Positions 51,877-64,000 of a DNA stretch of 64,000 nucleotides are shown piece after piece. Location of the stretch: positions 1,247 to 65,246 of the forward strand of contig CAZGXU010000002.1 of NCBI GenBank assembly GCA_964530075.1, in the 5' to 3' direction. Position numbers and translations under genes: made by a program. The notes beneath the pieces are model-generated. The model saw nothing but the letters and a program-made list of their open reading frames with translations. It did not search any database and was not told the DNA's origin. Each line of letters begins with the position of its first letter. Position 1 is the first letter of the stretch. Source of the DNA: an uncultured Thermotogae bacterium (GTDB lineage Bacteria; Bipolaricaulota; Bipolaricaulia; UBA7950; UBA9294).

Positions 51877-52071
51877 TCAGATGCCAATCGATCGGGCTCC
51901 ACCCCGGAGCGAGAAGCCGCCGATCACCGTGCCGAGGCTCGCATCCTTCAACGGACTAGGCGATCGGCCCTGACGTGGAGTACCGCGCCGGATTCCAAAG
52001 AGAGGCGAAGTGAGCGAGACGTCCGTCGAACGCACAGGTTCGATTGGATCCTTCGGGAGTCCGGCGGCCAT
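51877..52071 (-). CDS. Candidate 64-aa ORF with strong SD (coding status uncertain)
   Basis: Minus strand reads cAGGAGGaatcccATG, then MAAGLPKDPIEPVRSTDVSLTSPLFGIRRG..GGARSIGI, followed by the 13-bp hairpin. Third-codon G/C content is visibly lower than in neighbouring genes and no family was recognised. Confidence 0.3.
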   Translation of the reverse strand: MAAGLPKDPIEPVRSTDVSLTSPLFGIRRGTPRQGRSPSPLKDASLGTVIGGFSLRGGARSIGI

Positions 52072-52245
52072 GGGATTCCTCCTGTAAGCCCGTAACTTTG
52101 CGCCCCGCCCTTTCGACACGGTTCGCCGTTTCGGATATCCAATAGCATATACATTCTATCATGCGAAATCGACGGAGGCAAGACTGGCCTCCGAATTGGC
52201 GGAGCGGACGGTTGATCGCGGTGGCGGATTCCGGAGAATGATCGT

Positions 52246-55200
52246 ATGCATAAGGAACTCCTGTCGCTCTTCCACCCCGCGACAGCACGCTGGTTCCGGG
52301 AGAGCTTCGCGCGCCCGACGCCACCCCAGGTCAAAGGGTGGCCGGAGATCGCGGCGGGGAAGAACACGCTCATCCTGGCACCGACCGGGTCGGGGAAGAC
52401 GCTCGCCGCGTTCCTCTACGCGATCGACGAGCTGATCACCCGGCAAGGGGAGGAGGAGGCGGAGGCCCGGGGCGTTCACACGCTTTATCTCTCTCCGCTG
52501 AAGGCGCTCGCCAACGACATCGAGCGGAACCTCGATCCCCCGCTGCGGGGGATTCGGGCCGCCGCGGAGCGCCTCGGCGTCGACCTTCCGGAGATCCGCG
52601 TCGGACTGAGGACCGGCGACACGCCGTCGGCCGAACGGCAACGAATGGTCCGGAACCCTCCGGACCTCCTGATCACGACGCCGGAGTCACTCCACCTCCT
52701 CCTGACGTCGACCCGAGCGCGAGGGATGCTTCGGACGGTCCGCTACGTGATCGTCGATGAGATCCACGCCCTCTGTCCGAACAAGCGAGGGACGTTCCTC
52801 TCCCTCGTGCTCGAGCGGCTCGACGAGCTGACCCCTCTCTCGCCGATCCGGATCGGCCTGTCGGCGACCCAGCGCCCTCTCGAGGAGGTCGCCCGATTCC
52901 TCGGCGGATACGAGGCCGATGGGACGGCACGCCCGGTCACGGTCGTCGACGCCGGGATGCGCAAGGACCTCGACCTGGCGGTGATCGTGTCGGTCGAGGA
53001 CATGAAGGACCTGCCGCGCGCCGAGGACATGACGCGGAGCATCTGGCCGTCGATCTACGAGCGGCTCCTCGAGCTGATCGAGGAGCACACGTCGACGCTG
53101 ATCTTCGGCAACAGCCGTCGGGTGGTGGAGCGGCTCGCCGCCGAGATCAACCGGCTGGCCGGCGCACCGATCGCCAGGGCGCACCACGGGAGCGTCTCCA
53201 AGGAGGAGCGGCACCGGATCGAGGAGGATCTGAAGGCGGGACGCCTCCCGGCCCTTGTGGCGACCGCCTCGATGGAGTTGGGGATCGACGTCGGCGCGAT
53301 CGACCTCGTCTGTCAGGTCGAGGCGCCGTTCTCGGTGGCGAGCGGGCTCCAGCGGGTGGGGAGGGCCGGGCACCTCGTCCGCGCGACGAGCGTCGGTAGG
53401 ATGATCCCGAAGACGCGCGCCGATCTGCTCGTGATGGCCGCGATGTCTCGCGCGATGCTCCGCGGCGAGATTTCGGCGATCCGCGTCCCGAGGAACCCCC
53501 TCGACGTCCTCGCCCAGCAGATGGTGGCGATGGTGGCGATGGACGAGTGGACCGTCGACCGGCTCTTCGACCGGATTCGCCGCGCCGTCCCGTACCGAGA
53601 TCTCCCGCGAGAGACGTACCTCGCGGTCCTCGAACTGCTCGCCGGCCGGTACCGCGCCCCGGCCTCGCCCGCCCTTCGTCCGCGGATCTCGTGGGAGCGC
53701 TCGACGGGGCGGCTCTTCCCGCTCCCCGGGAGCCGACACGCCGTCGTGTTGAACGGCGGCGCCATCCCCGATACCGGTCAGTACGTGATGGTCCTCGAGG
53801 ACGGGACGACGCGGATCGGCGAGCTGGATGAGGAGTTCGTCTTCGAGCGTCGCCTCGGGGAGACGTTCATCCTCGGGACGGGATGCTGGCGAATCCTCGA
53901 GGTGACGCACGACCGGGTGATCGTCGCCCCGGCCGAGGAGCACGAAGGGATGATGCCGTTCTGGAAGGGCGAGGGGCTCGGGCGGGACGCCGAGTTCGGG
54001 GCGCGGTTCGGTGCGTTCCTCCGGGAGTGCAAGGCCCGGCTGGAGAGTGGCGACCTCGAGGCGTGGCTGGCGGCCGAGTGCGCGCTCGATCCGACGGCGG
54101 CGAGGAATCTCGCCGGCTACCTGTCCGACCAGCGCGAGCGGGGCGGCGTCATCCCGAACGATCGCCGGATCCTGATCGACGTCTTCCGCAACGAGGCCGG
54201 CGACGCGCGGATGTCGGTGATCTCCCCGTTCGGGCGGGCGTTCCATCTGACCCTGCTCCTCGGTGTCCAACGGAGGCTGCGGGAGGGGGGGCACGAACCG
54301 CTGGAGGCGATCTACTCGGGCGATGGAATCCTGTTCAGGCCCGGGGGGATTCCGATCGAATCGCTGATCGACGCGATCCGGGGCCTCCGGGCGGACCGGA
54401 TCGTCGATGACATCGTCGCCGAGCTGGAGAGCACCCCGTTCTTCGCGATGCGGTTCCGGCGGAACGCGGGGCGAGCCCTCCTTCTTCCGCGGGCCCGCCC
54501 CGGCCGACGGACGCCCCTCTGGCTGCAGCGGCTTCGCGCCCACGACCTCCTCGTCGTCGCCGGCGAGCATCCGGACTTCCCGATCGTGACCGAGACCTAT
54601 CGCGAGATCGTCGAGGACGAGCTCCCGCTCGAAGCGGTCCAGGCCTTCCTGCGGGAGGTCGAAGAGGGGGCGGCCGGTTTCGCCGTCCGGAGGGATCGAA
54701 GGCCGTCCCCCTTTTCCGGCTCGCTCCTCCTCGACTTCACCGGGAAGTATCTCTACGAGGAAGACGCCCCGGTCGCTCGGGCGGGTCGGCGGGAGGGCCT
54801 CGGCGAAGACGTAGCGCGCCTCCTCAGCGAGAGGATCCGAGGTGAGACCCTCTTCGATCCGGATGCCGTGCGGACGATGGACGAGCGGCTGCAAGGGCTC
54901 GCGCCGTACAATCGCGCCCGCGACGGGGCCGAAGTCGTCGAGCTCCTCCGTAGGATCGGCGATCTGACTGAAGAGGAGGTCGTCGCGCGGTGCGAGCCGG
55001 CCGCCTCCTCGGTCCTCTCGGATCTGGTCGAGGACGGGCGGATCGCGCGGGTCGCTGTCCCCGGCTCCCCCCTCCCGGAGCGGCTCGTCGCGGCCGATGA
55101 CGTCGAGCAGTACCGGAGGATGAGTGATGCGGACGTCCGGGAGATCGTGCGCCGGTACGTGTCGGCGCGCGCCGTGACGAGCCGGCCGGAGGTCCTGGCG

Positions 55201-56556
55201 CGCTATCCGGCGGCCGAGCGGTCGATCGACCGACTGCAGCGGTCGGAGGGTTGGATCGAGGTCGAGTGGGCGGACGGGACGATCGGCTGGTCCGATCCTG
55301 AAGTCGCATCTGGGATCCGGCGACTGACCCTGGCCGGCCGCCGGCGGCGGGTCACCACCGTCTTGCCGGAGGCGTACTCGCGGTATCTCCTCGCGCATCA
55401 CCACACCGGCGCTCCATTGGCGGAGGAGGACCTCCTCGAGGTGATGGAGCAGCTGGCTGGCTGTCCACTGCCGACAGGCGTCTGGGACGACGTTCTGTCG
55501 ATCCGGGTTCGCGGCTACGACCGCGGGATGCTCGATCGACTGGTCCGCAGCGGAGAACTCGCGTGGTACGGCCGTACGTCGGCCGGTGGGCAGCGGCATC
55601 TCGTCTTCGCGCCGCCGGGGTGCGGTCTCCGGGTCGGGCCCAGGGCAACGGGTGCGATCTCGGGTGAGCTCCCGCGTCGTGTGATCGAGTACCTCGACGG
55701 GCACGGCGCGTCCTTTCTCCACCGGATCGCCGCGGGGATCGATCGATCCCCGTCCGAGGTGGCCGCCGCGCTCTGGGCGTCGATCTGGGCGGGCCAGGTG
55801 ACGAACGACTCGCTCGACGTGGTCTGGGGCGAGGAGCCGCAGCCGGACCGATGGCACGGGCGACGGCGAGGAGCGACGTGGGGAGGCGGCCGGTGGACCT
55901 TGGTCGAGGCGGGCGGGCAGGAACGGCCGGACGACGACGTTCGCGCGCTCCTCAACGTCCTCGTTCATCGGTACGGAATCCTGAGTCGAGAGGTCCTCGG
56001 GAGGGAGGAGTCCGGATTGCGGTGGTCGGAGATCTATCCCGTGTTGACGCGCTGGGAGTGGGCGGGCCAGGTCGAACGCGGCCTGTTCGTCTCGGGCCTC
56101 TCCGCGCCGCAGTTCACCGCCCGGGACACGATCGATCGACTCGGGGAGCCGGAGGGGGACGGGGCGCCGGTCGTCGCCAACGTGTTCGATCCGGCGTGCA
56201 TCTACGGTGATCTCATCCCCATCGACCTCCCGAACGGCGAGCGATACGTCGTCCGTCACCACCCGTCCAACTACCTCGTCCTCCAGGCCGGGCGGCCGAT
56301 CCTGTCGATCGAGAATCGCGGGGAACGGCTGATCCCGCTCGCGGACCTCGGACACGACGAGCGTCGTGAGGCGCTCGCGACGCTTCCGGGGCTCGTTGAG
56401 GGGAGGACTCGACCGCCCTCGGTCCGAGTGAGGACGTGGGCCGGACGCCCGATCGCCGGGACGGCCGTCGCGGCCGAGTTGGAAGCGCTCGGCTTCGCGC
56501 GAGAGGATCGATCGATGATCCTCTATCGGGGGTATGCGGAAGGCGGACCGCCGTGA
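52246..56556 (+). CDS. lhr: Lhr-family large ATP-dependent helicase
   Basis: LILAPTGSGKTL, VIVDEIHAL, SATQ, HHGSVSKEER, ELGIDVG, QRVGRAGH, then the ~900-aa Lhr-type C-terminal extension. 1436 aa. Confidence 0.9.
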   Translation: MHKELLSLFHPATARWFRESFARPTPPQVKGWPEIAAGKNTLILAPTGSGKTLAAFLYAIDELITRQGEEEAEARGVHTLYLSPLKALANDIERNLDPPLRGIRAAAERLGVDLPEIRVGLRTGDTPSAERQRMVRNPPDLLITTPESLHLLLTSTRARGMLRTVRYVIVDEIHALCPNKRGTFLSLVLERLDELTPLSPIRIGLSATQRPLEEVARFLGGYEADGTARPVTVVDAGMRKDLDLAVIVSVEDMKDLPRAEDMTRSIWPSIYERLLELIEEHTSTLIFGNSRRVVERLAAEINRLAGAPIARAHHGSVSKEERHRIEEDLKAGRLPALVATASMELGIDVGAIDLVCQVEAPFSVASGLQRVGRAGHLVRATSVGRMIPKTRADLLVMAAMSRAMLRGEISAIRVPRNPLDVLAQQMVAMVAMDEWTVDRLFDRIRRAVPYRDLPRETYLAVLELLAGRYRAPASPALRPRISWERSTGRLFPLPGSRHAVVLNGGAIPDTGQYVMVLEDGTTRIGELDEEFVFERRLGETFILGTGCWRILEVTHDRVIVAPAEEHEGMMPFWKGEGLGRDAEFGARFGAFLRECKARLESGDLEAWLAAECALDPTAARNLAGYLSDQRERGGVIPNDRRILIDVFRNEAGDARMSVISPFGRAFHLTLLLGVQRRLREGGHEPLEAIYSGDGILFRPGGIPIESLIDAIRGLRADRIVDDIVAELESTPFFAMRFRRNAGRALLLPRARPGRRTPLWLQRLRAHDLLVVAGEHPDFPIVTETYREIVEDELPLEAVQAFLREVEEGAAGFAVRRDRRPSPFSGSLLLDFTGKYLYEEDAPVARAGRREGLGEDVARLLSERIRGETLFDPDAVRTMDERLQGLAPYNRARDGAEVVELLRRIGDLTEEEVVARCEPAASSVLSDLVEDGRIARVAVPGSPLPERLVAADDVEQYRRMSDADVREIVRRYVSARAVTSRPEVLARYPAAERSIDRLQRSEGWIEVEWADGTIGWSDPEVASGIRRLTLAGRRRRVTTVLPEAYSRYLLAHHHTGAPLAEEDLLEVMEQLAGCPLPTGVWDDVLSIRVRGYDRGMLDRLVRSGELAWYGRTSAGGQRHLVFAPPGCGLRVGPRATGAISGELPRRVIEYLDGHGASFLHRIAAGIDRSPSEVAAALWASIWAGQVTNDSLDVVWGEEPQPDRWHGRRRGATWGGGRWTLVEAGGQERPDDDVRALLNVLVHRYGILSREVLGREESGLRWSEIYPVLTRWEWAGQVERGLFVSGLSAPQFTARDTIDRLGEPEGDGAPVVANVFDPACIYGDLIPIDLPNGERYVVRHHPSNYLVLQAGRPILSIENRGERLIPLADLGHDERREALATLPGLVEGRTRPPSVRVRTWAGRPIAGTAVAAELEALGFAREDRSMILYRGYAEGGPP

Positions 56557-57824
56557 GCCTGAGATTCGATGCCGCCCAGCTCGAACGCGCGCGGGAGATC
56601 CTCACCGCGGGGCCGATCTGCGACGAGTGCCTCGGGCGGCCGTTCGCCCGGGTCGGGCGGGGGTTGGCGAACACCGAGCGCGGACAGGCGCTCCGCGCCG
56701 GCCTCTCCGAGCGGGGGAAGGCGGGCGTCTGCTGGGTCTGCGGCGGGCTGTTCGATCGCGCCGGGGCGTGTGCGGAGCGCGCCGCGAGGGAGGTCGCGGG
56801 GATCGAGTTCGACACCTACCTGTTCGGAGTGCAGCTTACCCCGCGGCTTGAGGAGATGGAGGCGTTCTTCGACGAGCGGTTTCCGAGCGACGAGGGAGAG
56901 TCGCTGAAGCACGCGTTCAACCGGGTCGTCGGCAAGGCGTTCGAGGCCCGGCTCGGGCGGCCGGCGACGGTCGGGTTCGCGTCGCCCGACGTCTCGTTCG
57001 TCATCGACCTGGCGTCGGATGCGCTGCGACTGCACGTCGCGTCCCTCTACGTCTACGGCCGGTATCGGAAGCTGGCTCGCGGGATGCCCCAGACGAAGTG
57101 GCCCTGCCGGCGGTGCCGCGGGCGCGGCTGCCCGTCGTGCGGCTTCACCGGGAAGCAGTACCCCGAATCGGTGGAGGAGTGGATCGCGGCCCCGCTGCTC
57201 GAGGCGGCCGGGGCCGAGACCGCCCGCCTCCACGGGGCCGGCCGAGAGGACATCGACGCGAGGATGCTCGGCGGCGGCCGGCCGTTCGTCCTGGAAGTCC
57301 TCGCCCCGCGGCGGCGGACGCTCGACCTGGCGGCGCTCCGCGAGGACGTGAACGATCGGGCGGTGGGAAAGGTGGAGGTCTCGTCGCTGTCGTTCGTCGA
57401 TCGCCGGGCGGTCGCGACGCTCAAGGAGTCGCGCGCGGCGAAGCGTTACCGCGCGATCGTCGAGTTCGAGGAGGCGGTGAGCCCGAAGCGGCTCAACGAG
57501 GCGCTCTCCTCGCTGCTCGGGGAGATCGCGCAGCGTACACCGCGGAGGGTCGCGCATCGGCGCGCCGACCGGGTCCGCCTTCGCCGTCTGCTGTCCGCGT
57601 CCGGAAAGGTCGAGTCCCCGCGGCGGGCAGTCCTCGATCTCGAAGGCGAGGGGGGGCTCTACATCAAGGAGCTGGTTTCGGGGGACGAAGGAAGGACGAG
57701 CCCAAACCTGAGCGACCGCCTCGGGGTCGGCGCCGCCGTGACCGAGCTGGACGTCCTGGAGGTGCGTTCCTGCGCGTTCCCGGAGGGAGGTGGCTCCGTG
57801 GACAACACGGAAGCGCTTCCGTAA
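56553..57824 (+). CDS. pus10: tRNA pseudouridine synthase Pus10 (archaeal/eukaryal type)
   Basis: GTG 56553 overlaps the lhr stop (GTGA). N-terminal Zn-ribbon Cys pairs (CDEC..CWVC; CRRCRGRGCPSC). Catalytic motif HGAGREDIDARMLGGGRPFVLEV. C-terminal GGLYIKELVSGDEGRTSPNLS. Confidence 0.85.
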   Translation: MSLRFDAAQLERAREILTAGPICDECLGRPFARVGRGLANTERGQALRAGLSERGKAGVCWVCGGLFDRAGACAERAAREVAGIEFDTYLFGVQLTPRLEEMEAFFDERFPSDEGESLKHAFNRVVGKAFEARLGRPATVGFASPDVSFVIDLASDALRLHVASLYVYGRYRKLARGMPQTKWPCRRCRGRGCPSCGFTGKQYPESVEEWIAAPLLEAAGAETARLHGAGREDIDARMLGGGRPFVLEVLAPRRRTLDLAALREDVNDRAVGKVEVSSLSFVDRRAVATLKESRAAKRYRAIVEFEEAVSPKRLNEALSSLLGEIAQRTPRRVAHRRADRVRLRRLLSASGKVESPRRAVLDLEGEGGLYIKELVSGDEGRTSPNLSDRLGVGAAVTELDVLEVRSCAFPEGGGSVDNTEALP

Positions 57825-57842
57825 AGTTGGCCCGGAACGATC

Positions 57843-58712
57843 ATGAAAACGGAGTGGCAAAGCACACAGGAACAACGCCACGGGCTCCCCTCGCCGTTGG
57901 ACATCTACTTCCGCGAGATCGGGCGGTTCCCGCTCCTGTCGGCCGACGACGAGCGGAGACTGGCCCGCCGGATGGCGGCCGGCGTGGACGGGGCGAGGGA
58001 TCGGCTGATCGTGTGCAATCTGCGGCTCGTCGCGAGGATCGCCCAGGAGTACACCGACGTGGGGCTCCCCCTGATCGACCTCATTCAGGAAGGGAACATC
58101 GGCCTGATCGAGGCGATCGACAGATTCGACCCGGAGCGAGGATATCGACTGAGCACGTACTCGTCCTGGTGGATCCGCCGCTCGATCCTGATGGCGATCA
58201 ACAATCACGCCCGGATGATCCGGATCCCCGACTACCTGTTCCGCGCCGTCCGGCGGCTGGCGCAGATGCGCTCGATGGCCGAAGGCGGCGTGATCGAGGA
58301 GGAGGAAATCACCGAGGCGGTCGGGATCTCGATCGATCGGCTCCGCCAGATCGAGGCGCAGGTCAACGAGATCGTCTCCCTCGATCAGGTGATCGGCGAG
58401 GAAGGAGACGACACGCTGGAGGATCGGATCATCGACGAGAATGGCCTCTCCCCCGAGCACGAGGCGCTTCGGCTCCTCTTCCGCGACGAGTTGGAGGCGG
58501 TCCTCGACAGGATCCCCGCTCGCCAGGCGTTCGCCATCCGCCTTCACTACGGGATCGAGGACGGATGCCCGCACAACTTCGCCGAGGTCGGCCGGATCAT
58601 GAAGATCAGCCGCGAGCGCGTCCGGCAGTTGGTGCGTGAGGGGATGGACAGCATCACCGACCGGTGGGGGGAGCAGGCCCTCGAGGCGTATCGGAGCCTG
58701 CTGACCGAATAG
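57843..58712 (+). CDS. Sigma-70 family RNA polymerase sigma factor (regions 1.2-4, no region 1.1)
   Basis: LDIYFREIGRFPLLSADDE, LIQEGNIGLIEAIDRFDPERGYRLSTYSSWWIRRSI (region 2), FAEVGRIMKISRERVRQL (region 4.2). Confidence 0.9.
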   Translation: MKTEWQSTQEQRHGLPSPLDIYFREIGRFPLLSADDERRLARRMAAGVDGARDRLIVCNLRLVARIAQEYTDVGLPLIDLIQEGNIGLIEAIDRFDPERGYRLSTYSSWWIRRSILMAINNHARMIRIPDYLFRAVRRLAQMRSMAEGGVIEEEEITEAVGISIDRLRQIEAQVNEIVSLDQVIGEEGDDTLEDRIIDENGLSPEHEALRLLFRDELEAVLDRIPARQAFAIRLHYGIEDGCPHNFAEVGRIMKISRERVRQLVREGMDSITDRWGEQALEAYRSLLTE

Positions 58713-58730
58713 CGACGGCCGACGCTCGAT

Positions 58731-63028
<4,298 letters not shown>

Positions 63029-63307
63029 CGGCTCCTCTCTGTGTGTCGTCATCGTCGGACGATAGTATACCTGGATCGAGCCGTGATCCCGACCGCGGTC
63101 CGGCTCCTGTCGCGGTCGCCGACTGCCGCAAATGTCTCCATCAAATGGGGGACATGCGGAGGGGTGACGAAGTTCCGCCCGCCGGAGCAAACCGCGTACG
63201 ATTGCGCCTTCCCGAGATGGCATTCGGTGCAGTCTGGGCGCTGCAACTGCGTATTCGCGCCGCTTTGCGCCCGTCTCAGCCGAGCTCGGCGGCGGGACAA
63301 GTGGCGC

Positions 63308-63337
63308 TTGACGGGGTGGGCCGAGTTCCGGTATTCA
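63308..63337 (+). promoter_or_regulatory. Sigma-70-like promoter upstream of the RHH gene
   Basis: TTGACG - 18 nt - TATTCA, followed by hairpin GGTTCC gtggggag GGAACC that overlaps the SD. Confidence 0.35.
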
Positions 63338-63370
63338 GTATGGGAGGGGGTTCCGTGGGGAGGGAACCGG

Positions 63371-63571
63371 ATGTCGCTCGAGGACGGCAAGGTGTTGGAC
63401 ACCGTCATGCTGGAAACCCTGGCCATGATCGCAGCGGCAAACGAGCGTTCCCTCGTCGAGGAGCTCAACCGTGCCGTCCGAACGTACGTCTTGAACGAGC
63501 TCGCTGAGCACGGGGACCTTCACCTCCTTGAGCAAGCCGTCTCCGACGAAGCGCGAACCCTTATCGACTAG
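63371..63571 (+). CDS. Small ribbon-helix-helix (CopG/Arc-like) protein
   Basis: 66 aa: MSLEDGKVLDTVMLETLAMIAAANERSLVEELNRAVRTYVLNEL.. (strand-helix-helix pattern). SD GGGGAGGG. Confidence 0.55.
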   Translation: MSLEDGKVLDTVMLETLAMIAAANERSLVEELNRAVRTYVLNELAEHGDLHLLEQAVSDEARTLID

Positions 63572-63628
63572 CCAACTGCGCCGCGTCCAGAGCGGTCGCA
63601 AGTCCATCCACAGCCTCGCGTCCTTCCG

Positions 63629-63657
63629 TTGTGGCCGGTCCCGCCGGGGGATACACT
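63629..63657 (+). promoter_or_regulatory. Sigma-70-like promoter upstream of the TlpA-like gene
   Basis: TTGTGG - 17 nt - TACACT, 28 nt before GTG 63685. Confidence 0.35.
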
Positions 63658-63684
63658 GGGGGATCGCATCGATGAGGGGGGATC

Positions 63685-64000
63685 GTGAAGGACGTTGGGA
63701 TCTGGGTTGTCCTCGCGTTGGTCGGTCTTGTTGCCGTGTCGGTTGCTTTCCTCGGTGGGGTGGACGAGGAGCCGGCACCGGCGCCGGAGTTCACCCTCCG
63801 CAGCCTCGACGGTGTCGACGTGTCGCTCTCCGACTACCGCGGCCGCGTCGTCCTCCTCGACTTCTGGGCGACGTGGTGCAAACCGTGTACGACGACGTTC
63901 CCCGAGCTTCACGCGTTGCAACAGGACTACGCGGACCGCGGGGTCGTCCTCCTCGTCGTCAGCCTCGACAGGAGCGAGCAGCGGGCCCGGGATTACTTCA
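63685..64000 (+). CDS. TlpA/ResA-like membrane-anchored thiol-disulfide oxidoreductase, 3'-truncated by window edge (not in ORF track)
   Basis: GTG 63685 after GAGGGGGG. VKDVGIWVVLALVGLVAVSVAFL (anchor), EFTLRSLDGVDVSLSDYRGRVVLLDFWATWCKPC (thioredoxin CxxC). The frame stays open to nt 64000. Confidence 0.8.
   Translation, partial: MKDVGIWVVLALVGLVAVSVAFLGGVDEEPAPAPEFTLRSLDGVDVSLSDYRGRVVLLDFWATWCKPCTTTFPELHALQQDYADRGVVLLVVSLDRSEQRARDYF

Noticed and set aside
51611-51973. 120-aa plus-strand ORF in the large intergenic region
   Set aside because: No SD and Arg/Ala-rich. It reads straight through the 13-bp palindrome and overlaps the better-supported (still weak) minus-strand small ORF.
51700-52150. 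Possible tmRNA or RNase P RNA in the 619-bp gap (GGTTCGATT-like and GGGCTTACAGG words)
   Set aside because: No tRNA-like acceptor/CCA end pairing, no tag reading frame, and none of the RNase P conserved regions (GAGGAAAGTCC-type) could be found.
52687-56355. 1222-aa minus-strand ORF antisense to lhr
   Set aside because: Low-complexity Arg/Pro/Asp composition and no motifs. The plus-strand frame encodes a complete Lhr helicase with all helicase motifs.

Overview
Visibly GC-rich, gene-dense bacterial chromosomal segment with about 60 supported protein genes, one tRNA-Ser(GGA) and one large Alu-domain-type SRP RNA. I saw no rRNA, CRISPR array, transposase or integrase. All calls come from reading the translated ORFs, motifs and DNA by eye, with no database or folding software. 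Family names are therefore motif-recognition calls, not search results. Because of the GC content, many long track ORFs are antisense or alternate-frame shadows (Arg/Pro/Gly-rich) and were discarded. Many true starts lie inside the track ORFs. I re-placed them using 4-nt stop/start overlaps (ATGA/GTGA), Shine-Dalgarno sequences (recurrent GAGGTGA / AAGGAGG) and paralog alignment.

Content, left to right:
- Two PKD-repeat surface proteins, the first entering from upstream with a vWA-like tail.
- A convergent minus-strand operon: aspS, 2x DUF4129, TM protein, MoxR, DUF58, TM protein.
- YhaM-like nuclease, ferritin-like protein, NosD-like beta-helix protein, rhomboid.
- M42 peptidase, 8-oxoguanine-deaminase-like amidohydrolase and MoaD-like protein, translationally coupled.
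- A minus-strand hydrolase cluster: hotdog thioesterase, nitrilase, 2 MBL hydrolases, 3 tandem TIGR04076-like genes, plus an untracked 31-aa Cys-rich membrane peptide.
- A 1050-aa LptF/G-OstA-LptD-like fusion.
- miaB, pfkB, CBS, DinG-like helicase, GT2, CaCA, rho, M23/LysM, murA, hflX, ricT, holB, mobB, acyl-CoA synthetase, a lid-less M20 peptidase and a CPA2 antiporter.
- tRNA-Ser abutting the SRP RNA.
- DUF4392 plus a radical SAM gene whose tail is hairpin-rich.
- dNK, ATP-cone kinase, DRG-like GTPase, a DnaD-like/DnaC-like pair and an ArsB/NhaD transporter.
- Lhr translationally coupled to an archaeal-type Pus10.
- Sigma-70, rlmN, ligA, a LolA-like protein, an RHH protein and a TlpA-like thioredoxin (3'-truncated).

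Most noteworthy:
1. The single-chain Lpt permease/bridge/barrel fusion.
2. The Lhr-Pus10 coupling in an otherwise bacterial context.
3. The TIGR04076 x3 / MBL x2 / nitrilase / thioesterase cluster with its small Cys-rich peptide.
4. The hairpin-repeat tract between the radical SAM and DUF4392 genes.
5. Several long unexplained, structured intergenic leaders.
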